From positions 6,624,001-6,688,000 of the forward strand of contig OZ245006.1 of assembly GCA_965223545.1 (NCBI GenBank): a stretch of 64,000 bases of DNA, given 5' to 3'. A program made the translations under genes and the position numbers. Below are positions 58,901 to 64,000 of the stretch, piece after piece; within the stretch, counting starts at the first letter, position 1, and every line of letters starts with the position of its first letter. A model generated the notes under the pieces. The model worked only from the letters and a program-made list of their open reading frames with translations, did no database searches and had not been told where the DNA came from. Source of the DNA: Planctomycetota bacterium (lineage in GTDB: Bacteria; Planctomycetota; UBA1135; UBA2386).

Positions 58901-59469
58901 CCCGCCGCGCTGCTCATCGAGCCGCTGAGCGCCATGCGCTGATCGTCCGCCGCATCGGGCAGCAGCTGCAGCGAGACGGCGTCGAACACGAGCTCGGGGG
59001 AGCCGGGGCGCAGCTGCAGCGATACTCGCGAATTCGTCACCGAGACCGCGGGATAGCCGCCGTCGCCGCCGGTCTCTTCGGGCAGCTGCAGGATGTCGCT
59101 CCAGTCGAGCTCACCGCTCTCGGTCAAGCTCAGCCGCAGGTCGAGGCCCTCGATGTGCACCTGCCGCAGCGTGCCGACCCCGGTGGCGTCGAGTGGGTTG
59201 GTGTTGACGTCGAGCTCGATGTTGCCGGCGCTCAACACCGGGGCCTCGCCGGGGTCGGGGTGGGCGATGCGCACGCCGGTGAGCCGGACGCGGCCGGTGG
59301 TCGGGTCGAGGTCGGCGTCGGCGAGGTCGAATTGGCCGCGGATGAACTTGGCCATGACCTGCTGGACGAACGCGCGGGTCGCGCCCGAGTGCCGCAAGAT
59401 GGCGTAGGTCGTCGTCAGCAGGACGGCGAAGAAGCCGACGAACAGCAGGATGATGGTCTTTCGGGACAC
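55915..59469 (-). CDS. AsmA-like (repeating beta-groove) envelope protein
   Basis: N-terminal TM anchor, long beta-rich repeats (YPIDGATA, FPFAIDDVRG, FPYRLEGITG), AsmA-like C-terminus (GAGNLTFDGYLDIDL). Confidence 0.78.
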   Translation of the reverse strand: MSRKTIILLFVGFFAVLLTTTYAILRHSGATRAFVQQVMAKFIRGQFDLADADLDPTTGRVRLTGVRIAHPDPGEAPVLSAGNIELDVNTNPLDATGVGTLRQVHIEGLDLRLSLTESGELDWSDILQLPEETGGDGGYPAVSVTNSRVSLQLRPGSPELVFDAVSLQLLPDAADDQRMALSGSMSSAAGFEITVRGTADLARSEFRALLETADVPLSADTARPYHRALEQYLRRAGFTANADRISLWIQYPAEAGDDAAVTARLNADLTAVAITAPEVPYPIDGATAKLGATTAGGGAITFDAHARQGQGKLRVRGAVTDVLGDVPAFDVSVEAEQIPVDDTLQRSLGELAPVRRMWNAFSPRNGRIDAVLSLAASGGAPPAPSMDLVLHGVSGSFTGFEQSDGSAPLGFPFAIDDVRGSIHLRPSRVVIADLEGKRADGGTVHINGAIEGVDDAPDQRSMRLEIDGTGLAFSDELRTAVDTVLRGEGAAIYDRFSPQGRSDARVAIDVHSGTAPTEVHVTLQPLGCSVSYDAFPYRLEGITGSIEIGPDDLAFELSGQRAGAVVDIGGSYQLHSAEDGLRSRLWVTGDRIPLDDALHDAVTALSPDLGALWRDFDPRGTVRCAVTVWQPVGSDAYEHKLQLDFTDSSVLAPTFERRVDSLHGTAVVRGSGNDNHVDIRMLRGVLDTGEGTTAGVLLEGSIDSDPDDRALDLTTVLRDLPLNAALADTLVKTGLLDRETWDMLQPSGAIDLVSHFVKQAGSEATQNTVRIALRDVQTAAAFLPGPITALRGEVHFADGRGSFEDVRGRLDDAALLFTGGAFGSADGKSYIRTTLSADHLVVDDRFANLITGPLRQTFLDRRIRGPVRIDGLAMHYAFEEGGEDFTLEFDGEVMARGLEMRLVVPIRQLSGAVRLRDAKIMPTGGQVDADLQDVSFDLLGHPLRGFRASLRATPTQFALHRLIGNLHGGAVRGPTDDTPSLVYQLDEEALSASLEWDSVQLRDLMGDLGAAAPVARGTLAGRLQLERLVGTELIDMRATGDLQISHGRLGEVPIFSAIYAFLAPNNRPQFDGASLRYAIGDQRIQIDDLQVTSPQVKVVGAGNLTFDGYLDIDLEFPDLFAGTADWLILPRVVNLLTSQVVGFQVFGYLRSPEARPRWLFQGRPDRRRIDPIPAYTAPAKTKDF

Positions 59470-59620
59470 GGCTCGCTGGGGCGCTGAGTCAGTGGGGGCG
59501 TGGCGCGAGGCGGCGATCAGCGGCCGGTGCGGCCCGCCGGATTTGTCTCTCCAAGCGCGTCGAGATCAGGCTGATTTCGCTCCAGAATGGCGTTTTCGGC
59601 ACGGAAACGGGGGTTTTGCG

Positions 59621-59648
59621 TTGACACAAATGCGCCGCGAGCCAAACT
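59621..59648 (+). promoter_or_regulatory. Sigma70-type promoter of the histone-fold gene
   Basis: Perfect TTGACA at 59621, then CAAACT after a 16-nt spacer. Confidence 0.55.
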
Positions 59649-59727
59649 CGCCAGCGCTAACGCGAGTGACACGCCGAGGGGGTGTGTCGCCGGCCCTACG
59701 ATCATCCACACAGAAGGATCGAAACCG

Positions 59728-59925
59728 ATGGCAGCCAGAAGAAAAAAGGCGGCGCCGCCAGAGCTCATCATCTCCAAGTCGCGCACCAAAAACGCGGTGA
59801 GGAAGTGCAACGTCTCCGGCGATTTCTACGGAGCTCTGGACGCGGCTGTGCGCAGCCTGATCAAGACGGCCGAGGGCCGCGCGCTCGAGAACAAGCGCAA
59901 GACCCTCAAGCCCTGCGATCTGTAG
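59728..59925 (+). CDS. Bacterial histone-fold protein (singlet, Bd0055/DUF1931-like), 65 aa
   Basis: ELIISKSRTK...NVSGDFYGALDAAVRSLIKTAEGRALENKRKTLKPCDL shows the alpha2 helix and RKTxxxxD L2 signature; GAAGGA RBS. Confidence 0.85.
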   Translation: MAARRKKAAPPELIISKSRTKNAVRKCNVSGDFYGALDAAVRSLIKTAEGRALENKRKTLKPCDL

Positions 59926-60017
59926 AGCGTCCGCTGCCGGCGGGTCGCCTCGGTGGCACGCCAGCCCGCCCTCTTAGGGGGCGGCCCTCTGCCGCGGCGC
60001 GTTCTGCGCGCCGCGTG

Positions 60018-60056
60018 AACACGCGAAGGACTCCCGCCTTCGCGTGTTTTTGTTTG
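60018..60056 (+). terminator. Intrinsic terminator after the histone gene
   Basis: AACACGCGAAGG-ACTCCCG-CCTTCGCGTGTT stem followed by TTTGTTTG. Confidence 0.8.
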
Positions 60057-60081
60057 TTTGGGAGCGTGGCGGCGTCGAGCG

Positions 60082-62187
60082 CTACAGACCGATCGTCAGA
60101 TCCACCGCGATCGTCGTAAGAAACCCTTGCACTGCGGTCGGGTCCAAGACCACGGCCTGCGTGTGGAGTTGGATTCCGCCGAGGGCCGCGGGCTCCGGAA
60201 TCGGCAGGGGCATGGTCGCAAAGCCACTCGTCCCGGTCACGGCGGGCAACGAGGTCGCCAGCGCCCCGGGATCGATCAAGAGCTGGCAGCCACCGGCAAG
60301 CGTGAGTTGCAGGGGCGCGGTCGAGATCAAGATCGCGGCAGCGCTCTGGCTGCTGCCGCGGAAGACATCGAATCCGAACGAGCGGTTACCCAAGTGGGGC
60401 TTGCCGAAGGACTCGAGCAAGGGCTGCGCCGAGGTGCTCATACAGCCGGCGCCGCGCCGCGCCACGGTAGCGATCGGCAACCTGGTCATCACTTGCGTGG
60501 TCGGATAGCGCTCGATGATCAAGCGCTTGCGAAACGAGTCGTATGCCGCGATGCCCGGTCCAACCGGTGGCGTCGAGACGGGCTGCCAGCCCGAAGTGCT
60601 CCAGCGCCAAACCGCGCTCCCGACCAGGAGCATCTCGTCGCGGTCCGCGTCCCAATGCAACTCGGTCCTCTCTTGGGTCGGTCCATTGTTCTGCAGTAGC
60701 GTCCAGCCGTCGCCGTCCCACTCCCAGGTATCGTCGAACCACTGCAGCGGAACCGATGGTTGGACAACGCCAGGGGAGCCATAGGTCGCCCCTCCGTGCA
60801 GCATGATCGTGCCGCGCTGCGGATGAAAGGCCATCGCTGCGGCAGATCGCGGCGACGGGCCCTGGCTCGCGGCGAGGCCCCACTGGCCGTCATCCCACCT
60901 CCACGTCTCGCCGTAGTTGGTCGTGACGTTGTATGAGCTGACTGCCCGCACTCGATAGCCACCGAACAGGATGGCGGCGCCGCTCGGCTCGTGGGCGAGG
61001 CCTGGCTCCACGTAGCCCGGCGCGCCTCCGAGACGCCGCCAGGCCGCTCCGTCGTAGGAGTACGTGTCACCGGTCCAAGGGGCGAACTCGCGCGCCGTCA
61101 CCACCCAGAGCTGCCGCAGCCGGTCGTTCCACATCGGAGAAAGCCGCGTGAAGACTCCGAAAGGGCTCGGCGCCGAGTCCTGTACCCACTCGATACCATT
61201 CCAGCTCCAAGCGCTTCCGATGCCGACGGCGATCGACTGGCGGCGCCGGGCATCGTAAGTGAGGTTGGAGACGAAAGGCCGCCGCAGAACGAGCTGCCAG
61301 CGCGTGCCGTCCCAGGAGGCGACATGGCCCTCGGTAGCGTGGGCGAGCAAGCCGCTGCGCGTCGACACCAGCCACCTTGACCCAGGTGCCGGCGGCAACG
61401 CGGCCCACTGGCTGCCATCCCAGCTCCACGCCTGGGTGGGCGTCGAGGACTTGGTTTCGAACAGAACGATGGTGGCCGTCGTCGGATCCCAAGCCATTGC
61501 CAGACCTGGGTTGATTTGCGTTGGGCCGCCGCTGGTCGTGCGTGCGCTCCATACCACGCCGTCCCACTCCCAAGTCGTCGCGTCAACGCCGTTGTGGAGC
61601 ACGATCACCTGGCGCAGTGGGTCGTACGCGAGTGCCACCGAGCCAGCGCGTCGCGTCGGCGCCATCGGTGCAGGCGCCTGCCGCCAACTGCTCCCGTCCC
61701 ATAGCCAGGTCTCGGCGTTGTAGCCCGAGGTGGATGGCGCCGATCCTCCGAACACCATGAGCTCGCCGCGGGCCGCGTCGTACGCCATGCGGTGTACGAG
61801 GCGCGGGCTGGGGCCGCCACCGTCGTCGAGCAGAGTCCAATCGACGCCGTCGAAGCTCCACAGCTCGGCATTGGGAGTACCTGAGCCATCGCTGCCCCCG
61901 AACAGCAACACGTTGCCAACCGCGTCGGCAGCGAGCGCGGAGCCGACGCGGTCGATCGGCATCGTCGATGGTTGGCGACTCACCCATCCACCGTTCCACT
62001 CCCACACGGCTTCCTGTCCGGGAGCGCCGACGTACGCCACGATCCGATCCCGAACCGGGTCGTAGGTCACTTCGGTGGAGGATACGGTCCTGGGTGCGAG
62101 TGTCCGTGATGACCAAGACGGCGGTTGGGCTACCAGGAGCCACGGCGCCCAGACTGCGACGACCACGGACGAAAGGGCTCGGGGCAT
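60082..62187 (-). CDS. Secreted kelch-like/Trp-repeat beta-propeller protein with recurrent C-terminal domain
   Basis: Repeats such as MAYDAARGELMVFGG...ETWLWDGSSW; GAGGAGG RBS; signal peptide. Confidence 0.85.
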   Translation of the reverse strand: MPRALSSVVVAVWAPWLLVAQPPSWSSRTLAPRTVSSTEVTYDPVRDRIVAYVGAPGQEAVWEWNGGWVSRQPSTMPIDRVGSALAADAVGNVLLFGGSDGSGTPNAELWSFDGVDWTLLDDGGGPSPRLVHRMAYDAARGELMVFGGSAPSTSGYNAETWLWDGSSWRQAPAPMAPTRRAGSVALAYDPLRQVIVLHNGVDATTWEWDGVVWSARTTSGGPTQINPGLAMAWDPTTATIVLFETKSSTPTQAWSWDGSQWAALPPAPGSRWLVSTRSGLLAHATEGHVASWDGTRWQLVLRRPFVSNLTYDARRRQSIAVGIGSAWSWNGIEWVQDSAPSPFGVFTRLSPMWNDRLRQLWVVTAREFAPWTGDTYSYDGAAWRRLGGAPGYVEPGLAHEPSGAAILFGGYRVRAVSSYNVTTNYGETWRWDDGQWGLAASQGPSPRSAAAMAFHPQRGTIMLHGGATYGSPGVVQPSVPLQWFDDTWEWDGDGWTLLQNNGPTQERTELHWDADRDEMLLVGSAVWRWSTSGWQPVSTPPVGPGIAAYDSFRKRLIIERYPTTQVMTRLPIATVARRGAGCMSTSAQPLLESFGKPHLGNRSFGFDVFRGSSQSAAAILISTAPLQLTLAGGCQLLIDPGALATSLPAVTGTSGFATMPLPIPEPAALGGIQLHTQAVVLDPTAVQGFLTTIAVDLTIGL

Positions 62188-62503
62188 GTGTCCTCCTCGG
62201 GTTCGAATCCGGCGCTAGTATACGGCAGTGGTTTGGATCCCGGGGGGGAGGCCGGGTATCGAGCGTATCGGCCTCGAACACTCCGATGCGCCGGTATGAC
62301 GCGGCGACGATCGAGTATCGAGTGAGGATGCCCTCGGTGCTGCCGACCACTACCGAACCGCGGCCGAGCCGTCGCACTCGGTGACGACCAGAGAGTCGTC
62401 ATGGCCGAGCCAGGCTTCTTGACCGAGCGCTTGAACTCCGAGCTCACCGTCGAGGTCCCCAGCGTGCACGTCGCCTTGCTGGGGGTGCCGGTGGCTAATC
62501 GAG

Positions 62504-63637
62504 TCACTGGTTCGGCATGTTGAGGACGACGGTCGCGGCAGTCGACAGCTGGAGCGGCCCCGAGGGCGGCGCGACGACGGCCTGCAGTACCACGGGCAAC
62601 CGCTGGACCGACGGCGGCATGAACGCGGACACGGGCGTGGAGTGGAACAGGTAGCCCCGGTTGTCGAGTGTGCCGGTGAACGTGATGGCGAAGGCTGCCG
62701 GATCGATCCACAGCTCGGGCCATCCAAGTGACGGGAGGAAGGGGGGCGGTGGCTGCATGCGGGCGAAGCTGCCGAGCACGACGAAGAAGGCGTTGGCGGA
62801 GCCCCAGAGGCGGTACTCGAGGATGTCGAGGTACGCAAATACCGAGACCGCGGGGATCGGATTGGGGATGAGCTGGATGTTGCCGACGATGGTCTTGGGC
62901 GCTCGTTCGTACGTGAGCGTGCCGCCATTGGCGAGCACGTCGGGTGCGGTGCCGCACGGACCCGAGGCCCCGACGGGAAAGCTACTTGGACCGGCCAGCA
63001 GGATGTCGGAGTTTGTGGTGACCAGGCCGGGGTACGGGGTGGGGCAGAGGTGTGTGAACCAGCCCGAATCGATGATGGTGACGCGGGAGTTGATGCAGGT
63101 GAATGGCAGAGTGCTGGTCGGGAAGAAGGAAGAAGGAGCCGAAGGCCGTGTAGTTGATGACGACGTTGCTGTTCTCGATGTGCCAGCGCTCGGCTCCACT
63201 GCTGGTCACGGTGACGTTCTTGCAGTTCTTGATCTCGAGCAGCGAGTCGGTGTTGGCCGAGGTGGATACATCTTGCAGGTGCACGTGGCCATCGCAGTCG
63301 AGGACGTGTAGGTTTCCGACTCCCGTGATCAACCCGATCGCAGTCGAGTTAAGTACAGCGCGCTGGCCGACGGGCACGCCTTGGATGGTGGTTGTGCCCA
63401 ACGCGAGGCCCCTTACCACGGGGTAGATCTCGACCCCCTTGCGATCATCGGCGCGGTGTACGTGCCTCCGGGTGCACTGGTGCGGACGACGACGTGGTCA
63501 CCGGGTGCGGCGGCCTGGACCGCCGGTGGCAGGTCGGTGAAGTGTGTTCCCGGGCCGTTGAAGGCATCGACGATCCAGGTTTTTTGGGCCGGGGCGAAGC
63601 CGGCAATGACGCCGAGTGCGAGGAATGACAAGCGCAT
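62504..63637 (-). pseudogene. Secreted beta-helix-like protein broken by two frameshifts (or assembly errors)
   Basis: Signal peptide + WIVDAFNGPGTHFTDLPPAVQAAAPGD in frame 1; middle in frame 2; C-terminus back in frame 1. Shifts near the G5 run (~63434-63438) and at a 7-bp tandem duplication (~63121-63137). Confidence 0.72.
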
Positions 63638-63646
63638 GAGAGCTCC

Positions 63647-64000
63647 CTACGGTGAAGAGGCGCTGCACAGTTCGAAGCGGCGGATCCCGGTCGCTGTAGC
63701 GATGTAGAGCTCGGGCACCCCGTCAGGGCCGATGAGATCCTTGGCGTAGATCGAGTGGAATGCACCCGCCGAGCCTTCGACGAGGCCGCGGTAGATCGGC
63801 TGACCACTCTGAGTGAGTCCGCCGCCGGCGCCCACTGTTGGGTCCCAGCGGAATACGACGATCTCCCCGGCTGCGGTTGTGATCAGGATTTCGGTGTCGT
63901 TTGGGTTGCAGTCCAGGTCGGCGACCAAGGCTCCGGTAGCACCCCAGCCCGGGAAGTGCGGGTCGTAGGGGGTGCCGCCCAACGGCACCTGCTGTAACGT
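63647..64000 (-). CDS. 3' end of an FG-GAP/VCBS-like repeat protein (partial)
   Basis: LVADLDCNPNDTEILI and YAKDLIGPDGVPELYI; frame is open to the window edge. Confidence 0.6.
   Translation of the reverse strand, partial: TLQQVPLGGTPYDPHFPGWGATGALVADLDCNPNDTEILITTAAGEIVVFRWDPTVGAGGGLTQSGQPIYRGLVEGSAGAFHSIYAKDLIGPDGVPELYIATATGIRRFELCSASSP

Noticed and set aside
56053..59487. 1144-aa plus-strand ORF and similar long antisense ORFs (23025-25760, 1370-3574, 44576-46471)
   Set aside because: Shadow frames opposite well-supported genes, expected at high GC; no motifs.
60160..60210. IPEP as a PEP-CTERM signal in the kelch-like protein
   Set aside because: Not followed by a TM helix and basic tail; it is part of the recurrent C-terminal domain.
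62188..62503. Gene or RNA in the gap between the two secreted-protein genes
   Set aside because: No convincing ORF, RBS or known RNA motif by eye.

Overview
Very GC-rich bacterial DNA (roughly 70% by eye), most likely Planctomycetota: it carries a PSCyt1/DUF1549/DUF1553 + DUF1501 pair, a DUF1080 protein, a PQQ-like propeller and a planctomycete-type RpoZ. From left to right: (1) a SigK/RskA-type ECF module (FAD oxidoreductase, DUF1295, Cfa/UfaA-like methyltransferase, double fasciclin) with three matching GCA(T/A)CC-N15/16-CGAA promoters and an embedded CarH-like B12-binding protein; (2) hflKC and a reprolysin protease; (3) a tandem-SnoaL gene hit by both an IS1-like element (9-bp TSD) and an in-frame 195-bp repeat; (4) small MarR, ArsR and TetR units and secreted proteins; (5) DUF1501/PSD1, a heterodimeric ABC exporter, GT4 and sulfotransferases; (6) rpoZ and a fabD-lpxK-acyltransferase-hldE LPS operon followed by a large di-haem beta-propeller gene; (7) a Glu/Leu/Phe/Val dehydrogenase, rnpB, ruvX, manC and an AsmA-like gene; (8) a stand-alone bacterial histone-fold gene and more secreted proteins, one doubly frameshifted. 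The most striking unexplained structure is a modular, TGAG-bounded, two-hairpin repeat of about 195-201 bp in six copies. It inserts in frame into a gene, at a stop codon, at an ATGA overlap (where it appears to keep translational coupling) and in tandem. No CRISPR array, tRNA or rRNA was seen. All calls come from reading motifs by eye; no database searches were run.
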